Notes: generated by a model not told the origin, from the sequence alone. 64,000 nucleotides of DNA from Limnohabitans sp. (GCF_044361985.1 NZ_JBIKHV010000008.1:737-64736); one strand, 5' to 3'. Shown: positions 29,975 to 38,657, numbered from the stretch's first letter. Program-made: numbers and translations.

Positions 29975-30964
29975 ATGTTCAGCACAAAGAAGCCCACCTC
30001 ACGGCGCATAGTCGTCGCCGCATTTCTCAGTGCCTTTACCTCGATAGTGAGTGCGCAGTCGGCCGTTTGGCCAAGCAAACAAGTGACGCTTGTCGTTGGT
30101 TTCGCACCCGGGGGGTCAGCAGACATTCTGGCCCGTGCGGTTGGACAAAAATTGTCTGCTGCCTTAGGGCAACCGGTCGTGATCGAGAACAAGCCCGGTG
30201 CTGGTGCGACCATCGCCAGTGCTGCTGTGGCAACCGCGCCTGCGGACGGTCACACCTTGTTGTTTGTGACATCGGGTCATGCTGGTAGCGGCGCGCTTTA
30301 CAGCACCCTGCGTTATGACCCGGTCAAGTCCTTTTCCGCAGTTGCCAAGATCGCAGCTACACCCATCGTGATCGTTGCCCCCAGTGCTCAGCCTTGGAAA
30401 TCACTCGGCGAAATGCTGGGCGCCGCTCGTAAAGCACCCGGCACACTCAACTATGCAGCAGGAGGAGGAGGAGCGACCACAACCGCATTGGCCGCAGAAT
30501 TCCTTAAGAAAGACGCCTCCGTGGATATGGTCCAAGTGCCCTACAAAGGATCTGGCCCCGCTTTGACCGCATTGCTGTCAGGCGAAGTTCAGGTGGGCTT
30601 TGAAATTCCCACCAGCGCATTACCGCACATCCAGTCCGGCAAGCTCAAAGCACTGGCCGTCACCTCACGCATACGCAGCCCTGCTTTGCCGGAGGTCCCC
30701 ACCGCCATCGAACAAGGCATCCGTAATTTCGAGGTCATTGGCTGGTTTGGTCTCATGGCTCCTGCAGGCACGCCAACTGCAACCGTCAGCCGATTGAATC
30801 GGGAAATCAACACGCTGTTGGGGTTACCCGACATGCGTGAAAAACTCGCCAGTTTGGGTCTTGAGACAGGGGGCGGTACCTCCGAGGACTTCCAAAAGTT
30901 AATTGAAACCGACACTCAACGGTATGGCGAAGCCATTCGCCGCATGGGCATTAAAGTTGATTGA
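29975..30964 (+). CDS. Bug/TctC substrate-binding protein
   Basis: GFAPGGSAD, ENKPGAG, VPYKG. Confidence 0.95.
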   Translation: MFSTKKPTSRRIVVAAFLSAFTSIVSAQSAVWPSKQVTLVVGFAPGGSADILARAVGQKLSAALGQPVVIENKPGAGATIASAAVATAPADGHTLLFVTSGHAGSGALYSTLRYDPVKSFSAVAKIAATPIVIVAPSAQPWKSLGEMLGAARKAPGTLNYAAGGGGATTTALAAEFLKKDASVDMVQVPYKGSGPALTALLSGEVQVGFEIPTSALPHIQSGKLKALAVTSRIRSPALPEVPTAIEQGIRNFEVIGWFGLMAPAGTPTATVSRLNREINTLLGLPDMREKLASLGLETGGGTSEDFQKLIETDTQRYGEAIRRMGIKVD

Positions 30965-30966
30965 GC

Positions 30967-32595
30967 ATGACCACATCACGCACGCCCAAAGCGCAGTTGG
31001 TGATTGTTGGCGGCGGCCTTGGTGGTGTTTCGGCTGCGCTGGCAGCATTGCGGCTGGGTCAGTCCGTGGTTCTAACCGAAGAACTTGAATGGCTCGGTGG
31101 TCAACTGACTGCTCAGGCCGTCCCCCCCGACGAATACCCTTGGATCGAATCTCTGGTCGCATCGCAAAGTTATGCACACCTGCGCCGTGCCATTCGCGAT
31201 TACTACCGCCAAAACCTGCCCCTGACACCTACGGCAGCACGTGCGTTCTGCCTCAACCCCGGCTCAGGTAATGTCAGCACTTTGTGTCATGAACCCTGGG
31301 TTGCTGCGCGCGTGATCAATGAATTGCTTGCGCCATGGGCGTTCACGGGTCAATTGCGCCTACTTCGCCGCCATCGTCTGATGCGCGCTGAAACAAAGGG
31401 AGACCGGATCACAGCGGTGCATATGCAAGATCTCTCCACCGGCGACAACCTCGTTCTGGAGGCATCCCTTTTCATTGATGCCACGGAAACCGGTTCGCTG
31501 CTGGATCTGGCCAAAGTTGAACATGTGTTTGGCGCAGAAGCTCAATCGCAGACACAGGAGCCACACGCCCTTGTCAATGCAGACCCATGGGATCAGCAGG
31601 CCGCGACCTGGTGCTTCGCAATGGCGTACCACCCGGGTGAGCACCATGTCATAGATAAGCCCGAAGGCTATGACGGCAACCGTACCCTGCAACTCGACTG
31701 CTGGCCGAATGCGCAATACAGCTGGACTGTGTCGGATTTTGTGACTCACCAGCCGCGTGTGCGTCCCTTGTTTGTGGGGCCAACCGATGCGTCTGGCCTG
31801 TACGACTTGTGGCACGCCCGGCGCATTGCCTGGCGGGGGAATTTTCAGCCCGGTGTTTATGCCAGCGATATCACTTTGGCCAACTGGCCACAAATGGATT
31901 ATTGGGAACGCCCCTTCATTGGTGTCTTGCCAGAAGAAGAAAAGCAGGCCTTGCACGAAGCTCGCCAATTCAGTCTGGGTTTTTTTTACTGGATGCAAAC
32001 CGAAGCACCTCGGCATGATGGCGGACAGGGCTATCCCGGCCTGCGTTTGCGCGGTGATGTGCTTGGCACTCAAGATGGCCTGGCCCAACAGGTTTATTGG
32101 CGTGAGGGGCGACGCATCCTTGCAGAATTCACCGTGCTGGAGCAGCACATCGGCGTGTCGGCAAGACCTGGACAGAATACTGCTGAGTACTTTCACGACA
32201 GCGTGGGTATTGGGGCTTATCGCATCGACCTGCATCCCAGCACGCGAGGCAGGAACACGGTCGACATCGATTCATATCCATTTCAGATTCCCCTGGGGGC
32301 GCTGCTACCGCAGCGTGTGGACAACCTGTTGCCCGCATGCAAGAACATCGGAACGACGCGCATCACCAACGGGGCCTATCGCGAGCACGCTACCGAGTGG
32401 AGCATTGGAGAAGCTGCTGGATCGTTGGCTGCGTTTGCACTTGGCAAAGCCATCCCAGCCCGAGCGGTACGTGTCCAGAGCGCACATTTGCAAGAGTTTC
32501 AGCAATTACTCCGATCCCAAGGGGTGCTTCTTGAATGGCCCCGATTCGGCGCCATGACTCCAGGAATGCGGACGGGCTACAAATCTGTTAAGTGA
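30967..32595 (+). CDS. FAD-dependent oxidoreductase (FAD_oxidored family)
   Basis: GGGLGG, GGQLT, FIDATETG, YWREGRRI, FQIPLGAL. Confidence 0.85.
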   Translation: MTTSRTPKAQLVIVGGGLGGVSAALAALRLGQSVVLTEELEWLGGQLTAQAVPPDEYPWIESLVASQSYAHLRRAIRDYYRQNLPLTPTAARAFCLNPGSGNVSTLCHEPWVAARVINELLAPWAFTGQLRLLRRHRLMRAETKGDRITAVHMQDLSTGDNLVLEASLFIDATETGSLLDLAKVEHVFGAEAQSQTQEPHALVNADPWDQQAATWCFAMAYHPGEHHVIDKPEGYDGNRTLQLDCWPNAQYSWTVSDFVTHQPRVRPLFVGPTDASGLYDLWHARRIAWRGNFQPGVYASDITLANWPQMDYWERPFIGVLPEEEKQALHEARQFSLGFFYWMQTEAPRHDGGQGYPGLRLRGDVLGTQDGLAQQVYWREGRRILAEFTVLEQHIGVSARPGQNTAEYFHDSVGIGAYRIDLHPSTRGRNTVDIDSYPFQIPLGALLPQRVDNLLPACKNIGTTRITNGAYREHATEWSIGEAAGSLAAFALGKAIPARAVRVQSAHLQEFQQLLRSQGVLLEWPRFGAMTPGMRTGYKSVK

Positions 32596-32639
32596 GTTTG
32601 TAGTCTGTGAGGTGCGTAAATATGGAAGTGACAACTTCT

Positions 32640-32879
32640 CACCAGTTTTTGAAGAGTGCCGACATTCAAAGGGTGCTGTCAACTGGCCGCTCAAGGCCTG
32701 GAGGCTGTCTTGAACGGCTGTACTCTGCCAGAAGCCAGCATTAAAAGCGCTCGTGCCAATGTCTGCATGGGGTCGGATGCTGCCGGTCAGTCGACTTGCC
32801 GCGAGCGACGGTAGCCAGCCTAAAGCCGCCTTGCTCACTTATGCCTCAGGGGCGGTTCTTGGCTCACCTTCAGGACATT
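32640..32879. repeat. array of degenerate ~30-bp palindromes, ~45-bp period
   Basis: Units at 32682, 32713, 32758 (AATGTCTGCATGGGGTCGGATGCTGCCGGT), 32804, 32848, plus a half unit ending GCCGACATT at 32666. Confidence 0.5.
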
Positions 32880-32908
32880 TACCAACAAGCTGCAATACGC
32901 GCATCGCG

Positions 32909-32950
<42 letters not shown>

Positions 32951-32984
32951 ATTTTAGTTATGAAATATAACCAAATAAAGGATC

Positions 32985-33060
32985 ATGGGTTAGCAATAAA
33001 ATGAAGGTAAAACGTCGGTCTGATGCCAAATGCCTCCAGGGATGTACACCCCCTACCCCC
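32985..33060 (-). repeat. 76-bp inverted repeat, left copy (cos-like)
   Basis: Reverse complement aligns ungapped with 39807-39882 at 64/76; 29-bp perfect core 33027-33055 matches 39812-39840. Confidence 0.9.
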
Positions 33061-33154
33061 CCTTTCGGCCTCCGACTTTGTCGCACGCCATCTCATTGGC
33101 AAATCGATGATTCTTTGCAGCAAGTCTGCGTAAAAAGAAAGGCTCACCAAGGCC

Positions 33155-33610
33155 TTAGATCGGGCCTTGCTTGCGTTCATTTGCGCTCTTGATGGGGATG
33201 GTGCGGCGAGCCTTTTGAGGCGCTCCTGCCCCTGCTTTTTTGAGCCGATAGCGCGGCAACTTGCCAGTGTGTCGTTGGCATTCAATCAGGCCCACTTTTT
33301 CCAGTTTGCTGGTGGCGCGATGCCACCACCGAAAGCCCCGCGCAAAGGCATCGATTGTGCGTGGGGGCAAGGTGATCCAGTCGTTGCGCCGCACCCCATA
33401 TGCCGCCGCTTCAATTGCGGCTAAAGCGATCAAGGCACTGTCAGGCAAGTTCAGCTCACGGGCCCGTTGTACTTGTGCGCTGTCCAATCGAAAGACGTAC
33501 AACTTGTCCTGGCGTATCCCCCGTTGGGCTTTGAGTTGTTGCAAGGTGGTGGTATCGAACGCCATCTCCGATTGAACTTCTGCTGGGTGATGTGTCTGCA
33601 AGGGTGTCAT
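33155..33610 (-). CDS. hypothetical protein, probable winged-helix DNA-binding domain
   Basis: AAGGAG RBS; ..HRATSKLEKVGLIECQRHTGKLPRYRL wHTH-like C-terminus; co-oriented after polA. Confidence 0.65.
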   Translation of the reverse strand: MTPLQTHHPAEVQSEMAFDTTTLQQLKAQRGIRQDKLYVFRLDSAQVQRARELNLPDSALIALAAIEAAAYGVRRNDWITLPPRTIDAFARGFRWWHRATSKLEKVGLIECQRHTGKLPRYRLKKAGAGAPQKARRTIPIKSANERKQGPI

Positions 33611-33646
33611 GACTGAACTCCTTTCTTTCTTACTTGGTTAATAGAC

Positions 33647-33678
33647 AGGGAATAAGGGAATAAAGGGAAAAGGGAATA
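33647..33678 (+). repeat. four AGGGAA(T)A direct repeats (candidate iterons)
   Basis: AGGGAATA AGGGAATA A AGGGAAA AGGGAATA between polA and the wHTH gene. Confidence 0.7.
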
Positions 33679-33720
33679 GATACGGGCCTACCTGTTTGTG
33701 GAGGACTTCGACCTTTTTTG

Positions 33721-35571
33721 TCACGCATTTGCGATGGGTTCGTCGTTATTTGTCCGACACGTTTCGGCAGGGTTCGGCGAGCGGCTTTCGAGCCCTTCCA
33801 GCAGTTCCAACACCCGATCCCACATGTCGCCAACCCGCGGGTCGTCATAGCGCTCGGGGTGGCGAATGATGTCGGCGTCGGTGCGCACCTCAAAACCACC
33901 CAATACGACCCTTGAGGCGCGCCCCATCAGGGCACGCGCTTGCACCACCTTCGCCTCGATCTCGTCCTCGGCCGCTTCAATCAGCACCGCGTCATGCACC
34001 GGGGCACAAACTTCAATGCCAGCTTCGGTCAGGTAACAACAAGCCAGGCGCAGCATCTCAGCGCCATGCGATTGCATCGGATGGTTCAACAGCGCGGTGG
34101 GCCGGGTGTTGCCCGTCACATGCAAGCGCCAACCAAAGCAGGTGTCGATGTGGTTGAGCAGCATGGCGTGGTCACCTACGCGCCGAATCCAGGCCCAGAA
34201 CACGGCATAGGTGCGGTGGTGCGCGTTCAGTAAAGAGCGCGCATGGGCCAAGCTGGTGCCCATGTTTTCTGCCAAGGTGCGCGCTTGCATGCCAAACAAG
34301 GTGCCCAAGACCAGGCTCTTGCAGGCATCGCGGATGGGTTTGTGACTGGCCTTGGTGGCATGCGGTGGTGCCAAGCCCGCCGCGATGGCAAAGCCCAGGT
34401 ACGGATCGCCCGATTGGTAGGCCTGGAGCATGGCCGCATCCCCCGACAGCGCTGCGGCAATGCCGATCTCTTGGCTGCCAAAGTCGATGTAGGCCAAGGC
34501 GCGGCCCGGGGCGGGCTGGATCATGCGGCGCAGCCACACCGAGGGCGCGAAGATGAACTTGGAGGCCGCCGGTTGGTTGCGTCCAGTGCGGGCGCGAAAC
34601 GGCGAGAGCAAGGTGCGGTTGCGACCGTCGGCGCCAATGGCCATGTCGGTAATGCGCAGCTTGGCCAAGTTGTTTTGCACTTCGCGCACCGGCCCAAGGA
34701 TGGGATGGGCCAGGGCCTGCTTTCTGAACACGTCCTCCGTCAGCATCAGGTGGCCTGATTCCGTGCGCGGCCAGGGGATGCCCTTGTGCTGCAGCCAAGC
34801 GGCGAACTTGGCGTGCTTGAGCGTGGTGCCCTCGTAGAACGGGTATTCCTGGCGGATGCCGTCGATCAGTGCCAGCTTGATCTGGTCCCAATGGGCCGAC
34901 AGCCGCTCGAACAATGGTTTGTCCACCGGGATGCCGGTGTGTTCCATCCGGGCCACGGCGCGCATGTAGCGCCCGCGCAGCAAGGCGTGCTCCAGCCAGT
35001 GCGCTCGGACAGCGAGCTGGGCCACCAGCTTGGGCAGCAGGCCTTGCAAGGCATACACGTCGCTTGCGCAATAGTCCAGGATGCCCACTTGGTCGCTGGC
35101 GTCGTAGGGGGGACCCGCGATGATGCGTTCGCGCCAGTGCGACTTCACGTCCGGGTCCAGATGGGACAAACCGAAGTGGGCCAGAGCGGCCAGCAACGAG
35201 GCGCCCTTGAGCCCCAGCTGCTCATCGCGGCCGTTGCCAAAGGTGCGGAACTCGGCAAAGAGGTCCAGCACGTTCGCGGGCATCGGCCAGTTCAGGGCCA
35301 GGTGGCAACCCATCTCGGCCGAGGCGTAATAGGCCACGTACAGGTCATCCGGCGAGATGGGCAGCGGCGTGCTCAGTGGCGTGTTGAGCGCCGGCCCCCA
35401 CAGCCGAATCTCCCGGCCGCTGCGCAGCTCCAGCGCCACGCAGCACACGGGCTCGGGCCGCTCCCCGGGCCTGGCCATGAACTCGAAGTCCACGCACCAG
35501 ACTTGCGGGAAGCGGTCCAAGACCGCTGGCAAGGCAGCGGGCAAGGTAGTGGTCAAGTGCACCGCACTCAT
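33721..35571 (-). CDS. family A DNA polymerase (3'-5' exonuclease + polymerase, no 5'-3' exonuclease)
   Basis: ExoI VDFEF, ExoIII YCASD, TGRNQP, motif A YIDFGSQE, motif B RDACKSLVLGTLFG, motif C PVHDA; ATG 35571 overlaps the upstream TGA (ATGA). Confidence 0.93.
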   Translation of the reverse strand: MSAVHLTTTLPAALPAVLDRFPQVWCVDFEFMARPGERPEPVCCVALELRSGREIRLWGPALNTPLSTPLPISPDDLYVAYYASAEMGCHLALNWPMPANVLDLFAEFRTFGNGRDEQLGLKGASLLAALAHFGLSHLDPDVKSHWRERIIAGPPYDASDQVGILDYCASDVYALQGLLPKLVAQLAVRAHWLEHALLRGRYMRAVARMEHTGIPVDKPLFERLSAHWDQIKLALIDGIRQEYPFYEGTTLKHAKFAAWLQHKGIPWPRTESGHLMLTEDVFRKQALAHPILGPVREVQNNLAKLRITDMAIGADGRNRTLLSPFRARTGRNQPAASKFIFAPSVWLRRMIQPAPGRALAYIDFGSQEIGIAAALSGDAAMLQAYQSGDPYLGFAIAAGLAPPHATKASHKPIRDACKSLVLGTLFGMQARTLAENMGTSLAHARSLLNAHHRTYAVFWAWIRRVGDHAMLLNHIDTCFGWRLHVTGNTRPTALLNHPMQSHGAEMLRLACCYLTEAGIEVCAPVHDAVLIEAAEDEIEAKVVQARALMGRASRVVLGGFEVRTDADIIRHPERYDDPRVGDMWDRVLELLEGLESRSPNPAETCRTNNDEPIANA

Positions 35572-36281
35572 TCTTGGCCCAGCAAACGGCGAATCAGCGG
35601 GTGTTGCTCGCTCTCGATCATGCGATCGCGCGTGGCCAACTGAAACACCTTGCTCCAAGATTCCTCGGGCCACTTGGGATCACCCAGATCGGCCATGGCC
35701 ACATAGGGCTGGTAGGCCCCCAAGTTCATGTCCGCCGTTATCCGCACCCAGCGGTCTTGGGCTAGGGAGGCGCAATCGGCCGCGGACTTGCGCCAAGCAT
35801 CTCCGCGCCGGTCCTCGCGGGGCAGCTTGACGGGCCAAAGAAACACCACATCCTGGCGCGTGACACAAAAGTGCAGCCGCACCCCTTCAACAAACGACGA
35901 GACAATCGGCACGACCTCGGGCAGCACGAAGAAATTCTCGCGCTCAGTCTTGTCTTCGATCAGGCAGCAGTCCAAGAAATGGCTGGGGTGGACCCGAAAG
36001 AACTCGTTCTTGTTGGGCTTGCGCACGGCCACTGTGAGCAAGGGTTTCTTCACGCCGACGATCGCATCGGCATAGCTTTGCGAAATGCGCAGCTTGGCCA
36101 TGAGGGCGTCTTCGGCTTGCTCGGCAAGGATCTGCTTGGCTTCCTCGTGGGTGGATGCGTCAGCGGGGGTGGTGTGGGCGGGGCTGTTGATAGGGGTGTT
36201 CATAAAAAGACTTTCAGAAATATTGGAGGAGGGGGTTTCGTGGATGGCCGGAGCCTGGGTTGAAGGCTTGGGGTGACTCAT
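35568..36281 (-). CDS. uncharacterised protein coupled to polA (possible ssDNA-binding or accessory replication protein)
   Basis: ATGA overlaps with alpA and polA; VRKPNKNEFFRVHP, FLWPVKLP, WVRI..LGAY, W/F-rich beta-like segments. Confidence 0.75.
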   Translation of the reverse strand: MSHPKPSTQAPAIHETPSSNISESLFMNTPINSPAHTTPADASTHEEAKQILAEQAEDALMAKLRISQSYADAIVGVKKPLLTVAVRKPNKNEFFRVHPSHFLDCCLIEDKTERENFFVLPEVVPIVSSFVEGVRLHFCVTRQDVVFLWPVKLPREDRRGDAWRKSAADCASLAQDRWVRITADMNLGAYQPYVAMADLGDPKWPEESWSKVFQLATRDRMIESEQHPLIRRLLGQE

Positions 36282-36517
36282 AACAGCCTTTGGCGGGCTG
36301 ACTCGAGATGGCTCACCAGGGCTCGGATTTGGATGGGCGATTTACCGGCGATCCGAGCCGACACGATCGCTTGCACCTCGCTGGATGGCCAACCCACAGC
36401 GCGGGCTCCGATGCGCACAGGCTTGGTAAAGAGCCCTTCTCGGATGGCGTTGTAGATGCTGGCGTGGCTACGGTGACCCGTTTCAGCCTTGACGGCTGGC
36501 ATTCGTAACATGGACAT
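36278..36517 (-). CDS. alpA: AlpA family phage regulator / recombination directionality factor
   Basis: LRMPAVKAETG..SIY..GLFTKPVRIGARAVGWPSSEV. Confidence 0.92.
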   Translation of the reverse strand: MSMLRMPAVKAETGHRSHASIYNAIREGLFTKPVRIGARAVGWPSSEVQAIVSARIAGKSPIQIRALVSHLESARQRLL

Positions 36518-36979
36518 GGTGAATCTTTCTGCGCATAGCAGTTGCTACCCAGACAGTCAGCTGTTGGGTTGAATTGATGAAGAAACTAAGGGGGGATTCC
36601 CTAGTCATTCCTGCAGGTGAGGAATGCGGGGAGGTGCTGCAAAACGTTGGGGCTTGCCCGGTGGTTACAGCGGCTGCACACCGACTGGGCGGCCAATGTC
36701 TTGAGGTGTGCTGTGGCAGGTGTTTTAACCCTGTGGTGGGCCCCGGGGTGGGCCCGTTGGAAAGCGTGTTCCAAACCGGCGCATCGGTGGTGCTGAATGT
36801 TTTGGTGGGCCGCGGCCGCAAGGGCTGCGCGAGGTTATCCGACAGATGGGACAGCGCACGATTTCATTCACGGGGCCGCTCAAGGCCTTAAGAGCCACGG
36901 CCTGTAAAACCAGCGGCCACAGCCAAGCCTGGCCGAACATGGCGGCCAATGAAAATGTATTCATGGGGGGTCCAAAAAC

Positions 36980-37010
36980 AAAAAAGCCCCGGATCATTCG
37001 ATCAGGGGCT
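36980..37010 (-). terminator. intrinsic terminator upstream of the alpA operon
   Basis: AGCCCC(T)GATC-GAAT-GATC(C)GGGGCT followed by a U tract on the minus strand. Confidence 0.75.
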
Positions 37011-37085
37011 GTAGCAGCAGGGGAGTTTGTTTTGATGACGCCGCGGCCTGCCAAGAGGCATGCCGCGACTCTGATTCGTTATCAG
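36980..37085 (-). ncRNA. candidate small RNA / attenuator leader
   Basis: Possible TTGGCA-N18-TACCAT promoter, GC hairpin 37040-37069, CUCCCC linker, terminator. Confidence 0.35.
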
Positions 37086-37257
37086 GAATGTAAATGGTAA
37101 CCGATCCAAAGAACTTGTGCCAAGTCTGTACAAATTACGTCGTTAAATAGCACACACAACCCAGGGGCGGCAAGGGAGTGGAGGGATGACCAATGGGTCA
37201 TGGATAACCGCCCCATAGATCCTAGGGCGGGTATTGCTTAGACATAACCGGCAGCTT

Positions 37258-38460
37258 TTACTCGCCCTTTGTGACCCAGTCATCCCAGCTTTGCATCAGG
37301 CTTTTGCGGGCCTCGAACAAGGTGCTGCGTTGGTAGGCGGCCTCCACCGGGTCGGGCAGCTTATGCGCCAGGGCGAACTCGGCCACATCCTTGGGATGGT
37401 TGGGCTCCTCAGCGGCCCACACGCGAAAGCTCGAACGAAATCCATGTGGACTGATTGCGCGGCCATCGGCATCAAGGTATCGGGCCTCAGGCACAGCCCG
37501 CTCATTCATGCGTTTGATCACCGCCGCCAAGGTCATGTCTGACAGGGGCGAGCGGCCCCAAGTGGTGAATACATAGTCCTGGGGCTCTCCTTGTTGCAAG
37601 GTCTTTAAAACCGCCAAGGCGGTGGTGCTCAACGGCACGATGTGGGTTTTACCCAGCTTCATCCGCTCTCCTGGCACCGTCCAGGTGGCTTCATCAAAGT
37701 TCACTTCGCCCCAGGTCATGCCCCGCACCTCACCGCTGCGCGCTGCTGTGAAGATCAAAAACGCCAGGGCCGCTTTGGCCACACCGTTTTGAACGCGAAG
37801 CTCAGCCCAAAAGGCTGGCAGTTGTCGCCAAGGCAGTGAGGGGTGGTGCCTGACCGTGCGTTTGACCTTGGGCAGCAGGTACTCCAAGGAACCGGCGAAG
37901 ACGGCGGGGTTGGCTTGGGTGCGGTGTTTGGCGGCTGTGGCATAGCCCAGGACTTTTTCGACGCGGCCGCGCAGTCGGGAAGCTGTTTCATTTTTCTCTG
38001 CCCAGATAGGCAACAAAATTGCCAGCACATCATCCTGGCTCACCTGGTCCACGGGCTTGTTGAGGATGGGCTTGCAGTACTGATCGATCGTGTTGGCCCA
38101 CTGCTGCGCGTGTTTGGCGTTGCGCCAACCCTCGCGTCGGTTGTCGATGTAGCGCTTGGCACATTCGCCAAAGGTGGGCATCTTGTTGATCGTGAGTTTG
38201 ACCTCACGCTCATTGATGGGGTCAGCACCTTGCTGGACCTCACTCAAGCGTGTCATGGCTTGCAGGCGGGCCTCTTTGAGGGAGACCTGTGGGTAGGGGC
38301 CCAAGCCCATCTCACGGCGCTTGCTGTGCACCGTGTAACGCAGCACCCATTTGGCGCGGTGGTTGGGTCCGACAACGAACCACAAGTTATTGCCGTCACC
38401 GTATTTACCGGGCGTTTTGAGGAGCGCTTTGCACCGGAGTTCATTTAATCCGCCATACAT
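37258..38460 (-). CDS. int: tyrosine recombinase / P4-like integrase
   Basis: Arm-binding N-terminus (YGDGNNL..MGLGPYPQVSL.EAR); catalytic R (TAARSGE), K (RMK), HGFR, LAH, Y (AAYQR). Confidence 0.96.
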   Translation of the reverse strand: MYGGLNELRCKALLKTPGKYGDGNNLWFVVGPNHRAKWVLRYTVHSKRREMGLGPYPQVSLKEARLQAMTRLSEVQQGADPINEREVKLTINKMPTFGECAKRYIDNRREGWRNAKHAQQWANTIDQYCKPILNKPVDQVSQDDVLAILLPIWAEKNETASRLRGRVEKVLGYATAAKHRTQANPAVFAGSLEYLLPKVKRTVRHHPSLPWRQLPAFWAELRVQNGVAKAALAFLIFTAARSGEVRGMTWGEVNFDEATWTVPGERMKLGKTHIVPLSTTALAVLKTLQQGEPQDYVFTTWGRSPLSDMTLAAVIKRMNERAVPEARYLDADGRAISPHGFRSSFRVWAAEEPNHPKDVAEFALAHKLPDPVEAAYQRSTLFEARKSLMQSWDDWVTKGE

Positions 38461-38601
38461 GGGAGTCCACCTTTCAGTCCACCTTTTTGAGGTGGACCAG
38501 TGTAGATGAACCTGTACGGCTCTGCAAACTAGAAATCAAATAATCCAATGAAATCAACGGTTTAAGATTTCAAAGAGGTTCAATTTACGATAATTATGGA
38601 G

Positions 38602-38617
38602 GACACCGCTTCCGCCA
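38602..38617 (+). repeat. att core GACACCGCTTCCGCCA (tRNA-Ser 3'-end-like), copy 1
   Basis: Identical 16-mer at 48791-48806; ends in CCA like the tRNA-Ser acceptor (..GCTTCCGCCA). Confidence 0.85.
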
Positions 38618-38623
38618 GTTAAG

Positions 38624-38657
38624 AACCCTAAGTAATTGATTTACTTAGGGTTTTTTT
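38624..38657 (+). terminator. terminator after att core 1
   Basis: AACCCTAAGTAA...TTACTTAGGGTT followed by a T tract. Confidence 0.75.

Noticed and set aside
34172-35643. Long alternative-frame ORFs over polA (299 aa, 285 aa)
   Set aside because: Shadow ORFs of a GC-rich gene with no recognisable motifs
33721-35673. Chromosomal DNA polymerase I (polA) and the 650-aa start from the ORF track
   Set aside because: No 5'-3' exonuclease domain and a mobile context; ATG 35571 with ATGA coupling is the better start
36483-37100. Small ORFs between alpA and int
   Set aside because: No motifs or clear RBS; the region is better explained as regulatory or ncRNA
38597-38617. tRNA gene at either att core (also 48791-48806)
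   Set aside because: Only the last ~14 nt match a tRNA 3' end; there is no GTTCGAAT T-loop or cloverleaf upstream
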